Shown here piece by piece: positions 43,200 to 53,599 of a DNA stretch of 64,000 nucleotides. How positions within the stretch are numbered: the stretch's first letter is position 1; each line of letters opens with the position of its first letter. Both the position numbers and the translations under genes were made by a program. The stretch comes from Macrostomum lignano (taxonomy: Eukaryota), in the NCBI GenBank assembly GCA_002269645.1, contig NIVC01001845.1, positions 62,001 through 126,000 on the forward strand, read 5' to 3'. The notes below the pieces were generated by a model. That model was given only the letters and a program-made list of their open reading frames with translations, searched no databases and had not been told where the DNA came from.

Positions 43200-44684
43200 C
43201 CGATGTCAGCCGAGCTGCGAGGGTTGGGGACGTCAGAGATATCCCAGTCTGCGAAGAGACACCTGCAGGGACCAATTCGCACCCGTTGACGGCGGCTAGT
43301 CCCGGAAGCTGCTGCCCGCAAAAGAATTGTTGTTGAGGGACTCTAAGAGCCAGGGAGCAAACGCGGTATCCAGCGCAGGAAGTCACTTCTCAGACTCAAT
43401 GGAGAGGTTGTCCGTTTGGTGTCTCCCATAGTAGCACCACGTGGAGGCCGACAGCAAGCCCCCACCCGCCTTGGTCAGCTGCGGAGGCGGGCTGTTCTGC
43501 CGCCTCTGCTGTTTTGCTGCTGCTTCTGCTGTTCCTAAAAGCGGCGCTAATCTCATTTTCGCCGGCAGATTTCCCAGGCGGAGGGAGACGACGGGAAAAG
43601 GAAAAGAGGGTGAGGGCAGAAGTAAAGGAAACAGAAAGTCACCGCGGCCTTTAAGTTTAGGTTGGTGTACTCGTATGAATGTGCTGCTGGGTGAAGCAAG
43701 ACGTCAGAATGAGCTGAGAAAGTTTCCGACCCTGTCGAAGCTGCGGAAGCATACTAAGGTACGGTATTCTGACTCGCAAATAGAAGAGAAAGTGTCAAGA
43801 TTCATTGAGAAAGAGGAGTGAGAGGCAGTGACAGGAAGGGACAATCGAACGGAAGAGGATAGGAGGAGAAGAGAGGAGAGTGGGAGAGAGGAAGAGAAGG
43901 AGAAAAGAGAGAGGGCGGAAGTAAGAGAAAGGATGGAAGAGAAGAGAGAGGGATATAGTAAGAGAGAGGGGAGAGAGAGGGGAGAGAGGGAGAGGAGAGA
44001 GGGAGAGTGAGAGGAGAGCCAGGGGCAGTCAGCATCGGTGAGACACTGGTAGTGCTCAAATCGATAATTCTACGCGGTTTCGAGTCCCCAGTTGGCCGCC
44101 CCACGGAGCGAAAATATTTAATCAGTCTCCTAACTGCTCAACTCTCTGCCCCTCGCCCCACCCTGGAGCACTTTATATGCCGGCAGGCGCGGCTTTGAAG
44201 GCGCTCCTTATTTTTCCAATCCGATTTTCCCATTTGCCAAAAGTGCCCGCCATTGCCTCGCCAAAAGCCCCCCGTGATCAGTTCTTCCCACTAGAATCCC
44301 TTCGGGGGGGGGGGGGGTCGCTCGGTGTCGGATTTCCGTCTCGGATGATCGGCGAGGGACACAAGCTCCAATATTTTAGAATACTCGAATAAGACAGACT
44401 TAGCTGCAAGATTTTAAAAAAAAGTTTGGCGAAAATTGAGCTCGAAAGTTTGCTAAGCACTCCAGCTGCCCAGGCCATTTATGTGCTCTTGCTGATTCAA
44501 ATGCAGAGTGCACAGAAGGACCTGATAGTGAAGTTCAGCATTGTCTTTTTTCCAGCCGTGACTTTCCTGCACATCCTCTTGCATTCTATGTAATTCCATT
44601 CAAACGTCCCAAACGTCCCATTCTTTGGATCCCGCTATCTTTCCAGGGCCCAGCAACAGGGGTCACAGAGCCCAGAACTCTCAC

Positions 44685-45832
44685 TCGTTGCGATAAAACG
44701 CGGCCGTCTGGTTGAGACACTGCAGATTCCTCGCCACCTCGGCTTTGCTGTAGACGCTCAGATTGAAGCACAGTACGGGCGGCAGAGAGTCCAGCTTCGG
44801 TACAATCAGGTGCGGGTTGAAGCACCTGCAGTGCTGATAGAACAGCTGCTGGGACACAACCTGGTGGCAGTAGGAATAGCTGAGATTGTACTGCCTGGCA
44901 GTCTGCATGCGGTAATCAAAGACTGAAGCAGTTTTCTCCGTGTTCCGGCAGTTATTGTTCCGCTGGAGCAGGCGGTACCGCTTCTGCACCAGGTAGGCTG
45001 TGGTGGTGACGCCCGGCGGTGTCTCGATTTGACGCCCATCCTCTGGCAGTGAGCCGGGCTGGTGAATGAACAGACGGCCGCCGAACTGATAATTGGACGA
45101 GTTGAATCTCAGGTAGGTCAAGTAGTTGCCGCGGAGGAAAAACTGCAACGAGTCGATGCTTCGATAGTTGCCCCTGCGCACGAAGTCGCCCAGCTGCAGG
45201 GTGTGACAGGCACAGCGGTAGCGCATAACGACGCTGCTGCTGTGAAAGAAGCGCATCGTGTCGACGTCCTGCAGCAGATTCCAGTTGGAGTCCATGTTAA
45301 TCTCAGTCTGAATTTGCTCTGTCTGCACTTTGTAACCAACTGTTGGCACGATGCTCTTTGGGTTTTCCGCGCCCAGAGCTACGCCGTCCATTGTTGACAG
45401 GACAATGGCTCGGACAAGAACGTTAAGAGACTCCTCGCGCAGGCTGTTCTCGAAGAAGCTATCCATGAGTGGCGCTAAGGACTGGATCTCGGGGTCCGCG
45501 GTCAGGTTGCCCACGGCGGTCTGGTACTCATCATTGGTGGTGTTGTCATCGAGCAGTACGGGAGTGTTGTCGCAGAAGGTGATGCAGGGCCAGCTAAAAG
45601 GTTCCTGGCTGGCGTAGTAGGCTGTGAGTATGGGGAATCGGCAGTACCTGTGCACCACCTGCACCAGGTTGGCGCTGAACATGGCCACGCCGGAGAATAC
45701 CAGGACTAGCCAGAACAGGCGCTCGAAACGGCTATTGCTGGAGGCCGCGTGCGAAATTCCGTGCACCGTGCTGTGCGTGAAGAGCTTCAACAGACGGGAC
45801 TTAAGCTGGGTGCGTGGACGCGGCGCTGACAT
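44685..45832 (-). CDS. DEG/ENaC (amiloride-sensitive Na channel family), first exon: HG motif, TM1 and most of the ectodomain
   Basis: STVHGISH pre-TM1 motif, TM1 LFWLVLVFSGVAMFSANLV, WPCITFCDNTP and the Cys-rich YCHQ...CRCFNP segment. The phase-2 donor GA|gtgaga follows 44685. Confidence 0.9.
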
Positions 45833-45962
45833 GATCGTCTTGAATGGAGCGTGTATCTTGATTTCTTTCGATAACTTTTAAGCCCGCTTGCCTGAATAAC
45901 TTTTTCCACAGGAATGGGACTGATGGTAGCTTTTAATATATTCCCCCCTCGCATGCGGACAA

Positions 45963-45994
45963 GACGTCATTGGCTGGCACAGAATTTGGCCAAT
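45963..45994 (-). promoter_or_regulatory. CCAAT box overlapping a CRE-like TGACGTCT, about 130 bp upstream of the DEG/ENaC ATG
   Basis: The minus strand reads GCCAATGACGTCT; a second CCAAT is at 45990-45994 on +. Motif match only. Confidence 0.3.
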
Positions 45995-46320
45995 GCTGGC
46001 GTACAAGTGTACGAGTCTTGTGTGTAGCAGAAAATGTATCTATAAGACTATAGGTTTTGAATATTCATTACAGTGATAGCTCGTACTTTAGGAAGCAGAC
46101 AGAAGAAACAATGCATGATCTAATTTAGCAAGATCGCTTGTATAAAATATTTGCTCTCAAACCTATTCGCAATCACTGCCGTAGTAAGCATCGATGTCAG
46201 CATGGAAAATTGTAATCATGCCGGGAAGTCAACCAAGATTAAACAGGAATTCAATGTTTAGTGATAAATAAAGACACTTAAAAGTCAGTTGTGACGTTAA
46301 AATCGTTGAACCATTGCAAT

Positions 46321-49300
46321 TTACAGAGCTTTGATCGGCCGGAAAACAAACTCTTTCTGTCGACAGGTGTTAAACAGCGCGCCGCTGCCCACCGTATCCG
46401 CGTCCGTCACCCCGGGCGGCAGTTCGAACCGGAAACGAGGCAGAAGGTAGCTCAGGAACAGGCAGATTTCCATGCGGGCCAGGCTCTCGCCGATGCACGA
46501 ACGACGTCCTGGAACGGCGGCAGAGGGATTCGAGGGACACGCGGCATGTTGACTTCCAGTTCCGAGTTTGTAACTGCATTTCTTGCGAAGCGTTCGAGTA
46601 ACTTATACTGGCTCATCATTTTTATTCTTTTCAGTATGGTGCATTATAGTAAATCTATTCCAATCTCTTGTGCTATCGAAACGTTAAATAAATTTTAATC
46701 ACCGTAGCTAAACGGTAAGATCTTGTCCTTATTGACCACTTGCAGCTGGCCACTGCCTTCATCGCCAACAGTCAGAAAGTGTCCGAACGGGTCGAACTGA
46801 TCTGGGTTAGCAAACACATCAGCATCTCTGGTCAGGCAGTGTGTGTTGGCCATGACCATTGTGCCCAACGGCAGCTGGTAACCACGCAGCTCTGTGTCCG
46901 ATGTGCAGCAGTGCGGCACCGCCGTCGGAACCAGGGCAGAAATTCTGCAAAACGGTTTAAATGACTTCATATCGGATTTGCCAAGCTTAGACTTCTATCT
47001 ACTCGTATCTTCTATCTATACCATCTAGCTAAATTTATCTGTGAATCAATCTATCAATTTATCAATATATCAATATGTATGTTCACAGTCTGTGAACCTA
47101 TCAAGCTATCTCTCTATCAGTCCATCATTCTGTCAGTCAGTCAATCAATCAATCCACCACTCTACTAATATGGAAATACTGTGTCTTCAGTTAAAGCTCC
47201 AAATTCGAACCTGAGCACTTCCTGGATGACGGCGTCAAGTCGCGGCAGCCGCGGCAGATCGCTAGTCGACGGCGGTCGGGCATCGCCGACAGCGCTGGCC
47301 AGCTCCTGGCGCACCGCCTCTTGCACTGGCTGGCTGCCGCTCAACAGGTTGATGGCCCACACCAGCGTCGACCGGGTGGTATCCGAGCCCGCCACCATCA
47401 GGTCGATCAGCACCTCCATCATCTGCCGGTCTGGGAAATGCGATTGCAGTGTTCGAACGATTTTAAGCTTGTGTCTGTATCAGTGGCTACTGCAAGTAGT
47501 TGGTTTTGGTACCCTTAAAACAGTGAATGCATTTTTTCAAATAATACGCTCGTCGAAATAGCTTTTTCGGCAATAAAGAACCGCCACCTAGACTAGTCCT
47601 GGTAGATATTACTAACATAATGAACTCTGACAGAAATAATCCTAACAGACTATAGTCCCGACTGATCATAGTCCTGACAGATCGTTCGGTCTAATCCTGA
47701 CAGATCATAATCCAGCCAGATCATAGCCCGGACAGACTAATCGTGATTTAGCGTGTCAGGACTATCATGACAGACCCGTCCCGTCAGACTGCACCCCGAC
47801 AGACCATCCCATATGTCGGCGTCGGGCAGGCTGCGGTGCCGCTTCTGCTCCGCAAGATAGGCGTAGAGAAAATCGGTCAGGCCATCCTCGTCAAGTTCGT
47901 CCAGGTCGGCCTGGTGCTCGGCCACGATGGGCTCCAGTAGGTCCCGGATGCCATCCCGGGCGGCTTTAAGCTTCCCCACGCCCAGCCAATCGGCCAGAGG
48001 GTCCAGCAAGCTCGTCGTGTTCAACAGCAGGACGCCTCCAGGCGCCGAGTTCAACTCGTGCAGGGCGGAAACCATCCGGCGCAGCTCGGCGGAGTTGTAC
48101 TCGAACCTGCGGCCATAGACTATGCGCCCGATGACATTCGCGATCGCCTGCGAAAGACGGCCGTCGATGCGAATTGGCCGGGCGGAGCCATTGGCCCGGA
48201 TTGAGTCGGCAAGTCTGCCTGCTTCCTCGATGATGGCGCCTTCGAAGTTGATCCGGCCGAAGCCAAAGTCGCGCAGCACGCGCAGGCAATAGCGGCGCTG
48301 CTCTCGGTGGCGGACACCCTCAGCGGAGGCGATGCCTGACGGAGAAATCGGGTGGTTTGCTGCTACGTTGGCGGAAGTTGGATAGTGACCGGGCTGCTTC
48401 AATATGTTGGTGGGTTGGTGTCTGAGGATCAAGGCGGGTTCGATGCTTGAAGTCTGAGTTGGCTTGGCGTCAAAGGTTCGGTGTTAATTGGTGTCGTAGG
48501 ATCGGTGTGGTTTGGTGTCGTAGGATCGGCGTAGTTAGTGTTGTAGGATCAGTGTTGTTTGGTGTCTAAGGATCGGGAGCGTTTGGTGTCGAAGGATCGG
48601 TGTGATTTGGTTACGTAGGATCGGTGTTGTTTGGTGTCTGAAGATTCAGGAGGATTGATGCTTGAGGATCGGTGTGGTTTGGTATCTAAGGATCAGGATC
48701 AGGTTTGGTGTCTAAGGATCGGTGTGGTTTGGTGTCTAAGGATTGGGGTGGGTTGAAGTGGTAGCATTGCCACTTAGTGTCTAAGATCGAAATGGATAGG
48801 TATTTTAAGGATCGAGGTGCAGATGGTTTATTCTTCTGTGATATGACACGAACCTTTTCCATCGGACAGAAACTTGGTGAATGCGCGCAGACCCCTGCCA
48901 GCGATGTGCTCGTTTCTGGCAAATGCCTCCTTGATAGCCTCCACTGAGTTTAGCACCACAATGTAGAAGAATCCGACTCGAACTGTAAAAATATCTCCGT
49001 ATTGCTTCGCGAGCTCGGTGAAGTAGTGATCGCGGCGTTCTGTAATGTTTTTTAAGTCATTCACCTTGTTAAGGTACGTGTAATTTTATCTGGTTCGTCC
49101 TCGAATGAAGCCCGACGGAGCCCGGCAGTCATGTGCTTGGCATTCAAACTAAATCCCCCGACTTGAGATTAACCCTGTCAAACTTGTAAACTTGACAATT
49201 CGAATACCTATACATTTATGCAATTGATGATTTCTGGCGCATGGAACTACACTTGCTCCTTATCTCTTTTAAACTGATTCTTCCAGAGATAGTTTGCTAC

Positions 49301-49473
49301 GAATTGCTAATACGCTGGTAAAACTCCGTTGGAAGTGACTCACTGACTGCCAGCCAGGGTGCGACGCCGACCAGGGGCAAACCGGTTGGACCAGGAGGCA
49401 GACACCGGTTCCAGGTGAAATACCAGTAGGCCGCCAGACAGGCAAGGGTCAGAGGAATTAGAAATTCTAGCAT
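46321..49473 (-). CDS. Cytochrome P450, CYP2 clan, 498 aa; exons 49473-49344, 49039-48854, 48335-47805, 47430-47211, 46944-46703, 46508-46321
   Basis: N-terminal anchor, LPPGPTGLPLVG, I-helix AGSDTT, EVLR (ExxR) and heme motif FSYGRRSCIG. All GT/AG phases are compatible and the exons total 1497 bp. Confidence 0.93.
48480..48790. repeat. Degenerate about 24-bp repeat (GGTGTGGTTTGGTGTCTAAGGATC) in CYP intron 2
   Basis: Direct read. Confidence 0.75.
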
Positions 49474-49899
49474 CGCTAAAATTCAAATTGTTCTGTCGCT
49501 TTTGTGAGCAAATAAAAGCTCCACAACAGTCAGGCTTTCAGTAAATGCAATAATTGCATTTATTTATTCGCGAGTGGCAACTATTTTGACACTGTCAGTT
49601 CGACGAGAGATAAGCCGCGAACTCAGAGCCCTTGGTTTCTAATCAATAGCCAAAAAAGTGAGAGTTTCGAACACATGGTGGTTTCCGAATTGCTGTTCGA
49701 CGGCTCTTATCAATAGTTTTGATGGGCGGCTTTGCAAGCGAGCAACTGCATGCATGCATTTCAAGAGATTGAGCTGCTTTGCACTTTGAACACAGCCAGA
49801 CTGGAGCCGGGAGCATGCAAGGTTAAGGCTTCGTGATTTCTTATTACAGCTACATGTAGAATACTAGGGCGAAGGTTTCGGTTAAGGTTAGGTTTAGGT

Positions 49900-51773
49900 C
49901 AGGGACAACTAAAACCCTCGGGACGCAAAACGAGCCAATTCATGGCAAAAAATCTGAGGGGCTCGCTTAAAAGTATTGTTCTATGGCTTTTTCAAGTCTT
50001 CTCTGCTATCAGGCAAATTAAAATTGCTTTAGCTGCGGCCAGCAGTGAAGCTAAGCTGAACTATATCAAGTGAATCATTTTTTATTCACTTGATGAAATG
50101 CCAAGAAAGTGCAGCGTATTTCCGTGCTCGTCAAATTACAACTCTGAAGCCGTTCGAACACGGACATTTGCGTTTCCCAGAGATCCACAGGAGCGAGAGC
50201 GATGGAGAAAGGCGCTGCCAAATATTCTCCAGGTAAGAAACCAGATCATTTGCTGTCATTACTGCTGCATAATTCCGCTTCAATTCTGCATGCCAGTCTC
50301 GTCCAAACAACTTGAAACCCAAAATTTATTATTTTAGAGAGTGACTGACAATATGGGCGTGTGCGTAAAGCATTGGCCAAGCGATGCTCCAATAGTCAAG
50401 AAAAACTCTACCGAAAGGCCAATTAATCCTCCTTCTGTTTTTAATGGAGTTCCTAGCTCGTGTTTTGTAAAGAACCAAGGTACGTAACCTAAAGATTGCT
50501 CAACACTTAGCGTCTATATCGATTTTGCCGCTCACAATTATCTTACTTTTATTTTTACTCTTATTTTAGACCAGGACCGACAGGCCGAAAAGCGCGGTGT
50601 TCTTTCTGATGCGAGGTGCAGCGACATCGATGAGATGGACGCTTTTGAGCTGCTTGATTTTTTGCCGGCATGGGAAAGTTTTCGAGCTGAGGTGAAAAAT
50701 TCGGATGTCGTATCTCGACATGCACTGAACACAGCTATTCTGAACGAAGACGTTTACTTGTTTACGTTAGATAAAGATGGAGACCTCTCTGTTCGAATTT
50801 TTGTCTCACCCAACTTTCTGATTCGTGCATTCAAACTGCATACACCGATTTCGGTTCGAGACTTGTTGGCATTTCAACCGACACTCAAGCGCTGGTCGCA
50901 ACTGGATGCTGTTGTCGTGCAGTGCAAAAATTCCGACGCCAATCCCCAACGTGAAGTCGAAGCGTTTGTTAGTAGAATCAGTGATGATATAGATTCTGAC
51001 TCTGATTTGGATCCGTCGCTTCAGTTTTTGATTCGACAACTTAGCCTTACATTAGTAAATCGGAACAATCGCCGCTATGACATTTCACTAGTGCGACAGT
51101 CAGCATTGCTCTACTTGATCAGTAGTTCGGCTTACTCTTACCTACGGAAGCTATTGCCATTGCCTCATCCCCGAACGCTGCAGCTGCAACTAGCAGGTAC
51201 AGGAGAAGTTGGCACAGAAACCGACGCAGCCGGTGTGATCCAGTCAGTTTTTGCTAGTCTATCAGGAGCTCAGCGAAACTGCGTAATTATGTTTGACGAA
51301 ATGTACATACAACCGTCCGTTCGATATCGATGCCGTCACCTTCTGGGTCGAGCCGTCGACGATCCGGACCAGGTTCCTTTATGTACGAGCTACTGACTGT
51401 TTGTGTCGTCTTGTCCTTGGAGTTCCGTATTTGCTTCTATCTTCTTGCCGTTGGAGTTTCATCTTCGCTTTCATCCTTTATCTTCTTGCCGTTGGAGTTA
51501 TATCTTTGCTTTCATCTTTTATCTTCTTGCCGTTGGAGTTTTTTTGTTGATATGGCGGTTACTTTATTGTAAATACATTGTAATTATATCACTGGTTCCT
51601 ATTCTTTAAATTAAATACTCGACATTGCCTCGCTTTACTATTTAATCTAACCGTTAATGCCTGATAGCAGAGAAGACTTGAAAAAGCCATAGAACAATAC
51701 TTTTAAGCGAGCCCCTCAGATTTTTTGCCATGAATTGGCTCGTTTCGCATCCCGAGGGTTTTAGTTGTCCCTG
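49900..51773 (+). mobile_element. P-superfamily (THAP/Galileo-like) DNA transposon, internally deleted
   Basis: 116-bp TIRs (49900-50015 and 51658-51773, 2 mismatches seen) and an 8-bp TSD GTTTAGGT (49892-49899 and 51774-51781). Confidence 0.93.
50098..51396 (+). CDS. THAP-domain P-element transposase, C-terminally truncated (367 aa); exons 50098-50232, 50338-50479, 50570-51396
   Basis: THAP C2CH: MPRKCSVFPC...FAFP...RERW...CVKHW...PSVF. Downstream it has SSSAYSYLRKLLPLPHPRTL and CVIMFDEM (first catalytic Asp). Splice sites are canonical and in frame. Confidence 0.85.
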
Positions 51774-51825
51774 GTTTAGGTTTCGGTAATAGCTGGGAGC
51801 CTGTTTTACATAGCCTGTCTTAACG

Positions 51826-52219
51826 GCTGCGGCGCCTATCAACAGCCGTGGCGCCTGTCTAACAGCCGTGGCGCCTGTCTAACAGCTGTGGCGCCTGTCT
51901 AACAGCTGCGGCGCCTATCTAACAGCTGTGGCGCCTGTCTAACAACCGTGACGCCTGTCTAACAGCTGTGGCGCCTGTCTAACAGCTGTGGTGCCTGTCT
52001 AACAGCTGTGGCGCCTGTCTAACAGCCGTTGCGCCTGTCTAACAGCTTTGGCGCCTATCTAATAGCTGTGGCGCCTGTCAAACACCTATGGCGCCCGTCT
52101 AACAGCCGTGGCGCCTGTCTAAATATCTGTGGTGCCTGTCTAACAGGTGTCACGCCTGTCTAACAGCTGTGGCGCCTATCTAACAGCCGTTGCGCCTGTC
52201 TAACAGCTGTGGCGCCTGT
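51826..52219. repeat. 20-bp minisatellite TAACAGCTGTGGCGCCTGTC
   Basis: Direct read. Confidence 0.94.
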
Positions 52220-52805
52220 TTAAGTATTATCAAGTTAGTATGCCTGTAGATCTGCCTGTGAAATATACAATTTCTTAATCGGAACAGCCAGATGTGTATA
52301 ATTAATTTCGCTGTGCAAACAAGCAAAAAATGCTTAGCTTGCTACTCACAAATAGTACAGAAGCGTTTTTCGCAACAAAAATTAATTAGGCTTTTAGTCA
52401 ATTAATTCGATATAAGCCAATAAACTACTGGTTAATTAGAATTTTAGCAAATAAGAAAACAAGATTAGTTAAGATTTTTGACCATCCGGTTTTGCGATAG
52501 GCAGCGTTTTCTATACAGTAAATTGATGTTAAGTTGTAATTGATTATTGTTTTATTTATTAGAATTTCATGAGTTCATATTATAAAATCAGATATTTATT
52601 GGTCACAGAGGGACAAACATAACTAAATAGCAAACAATTACTTCTTGCGCAATCCAGATTTTTTAACACAAACGACAGAATAAAATTTTATCAGCGCTTT
52701 TTAGTAAGACAGGAGAGAGCCAGGGAGCCAACAGCCGACGACTAACGGGTAATAAATGACATTTGACATGTAACTTTCTGGAACTAGCACAACTAGTGCT
52801 TGGTT

Positions 52806-53599
52806 CGGATTGCTAATCTGTCCATTGGATTGCTAATCTATCTATTGGATTGCTAATCTATCTATTGGATTGCTAATCTATCGTTTGGATTGCTAATCTA
52901 TCGTTTGGATTGCTAATCTATCGTTTGGATTGCTAATCTATCCATTGGATTGCTAATCTGTCTATTGGATTGCTAATCTATCGTTTGGATTGCTAATCTG
53001 TCCATTGGATTGCTAATCTGTCCATTGGATTGCTAATCTGTCCATTGGATTGCTAATCTGTCCATTGGATTGCTAATCTATCTATTGGATTGCTAATCTA
53101 TCGTTTGGATTGCTAATCTATCGTTTGGATTGCTAATCTGTCCATTGGTTTGCTAATCTATCGTTTGGATTGCTAATCTATCGTTTGGATTGCTAATCTA
53201 TCGTTTGGATTGCTAATCTATCGTTTGGATTGCTAATCTATCGTTTAGATTGCTAATCTATCGTTTGGATTGCTAATCTATCGTTTGGATTGCTAATCTA
53301 TCGTTTGGATTGCTAATCTATCGTTTAGATTGCTAATCTATCGTTTGGATTGCTAATCTATCTATTGGATTGCTAATCTATCGTTTGGATTGCTAATCTA
53401 TCGTTTGGATTGCTAATCTATCGTTTGGATTGCTAATCTATCGTTTGGATTGCTAATCTATCGTTTAGATTGCTAATCTATCGTTTGGATTGCTAATCTA
53501 TCGTTTGGATTGCTAATCTATCGTTTGGATTGCTAATCTATCGTTTGGATTGCTAATCTATCGTTTGGATTGCTAATCTATCGTTGGATTGCTAATCTA
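52806..53599. repeat. 20-bp minisatellite TTGGATTGCTAATCTATCGT
   Basis: About 40 copies. Confidence 0.97.

Noticed and set aside
44400-44586. Candidate DEG/ENaC exon (ECKRMCR ... HKWP)
   Set aside because: The motifs fall in different frames separated by stops, and no consistent splice solution was found.
46400-46420. Suspected frameshift in the last CYP exon
   Set aside because: A recount gives CCC GGG GTG, so the frame is intact to the TAA at 46321.
18198-53599. CRISPR-like arrays
   Set aside because: All arrays are head-to-tail repeats with no unique spacers, there are no cas genes, and the context is eukaryotic.
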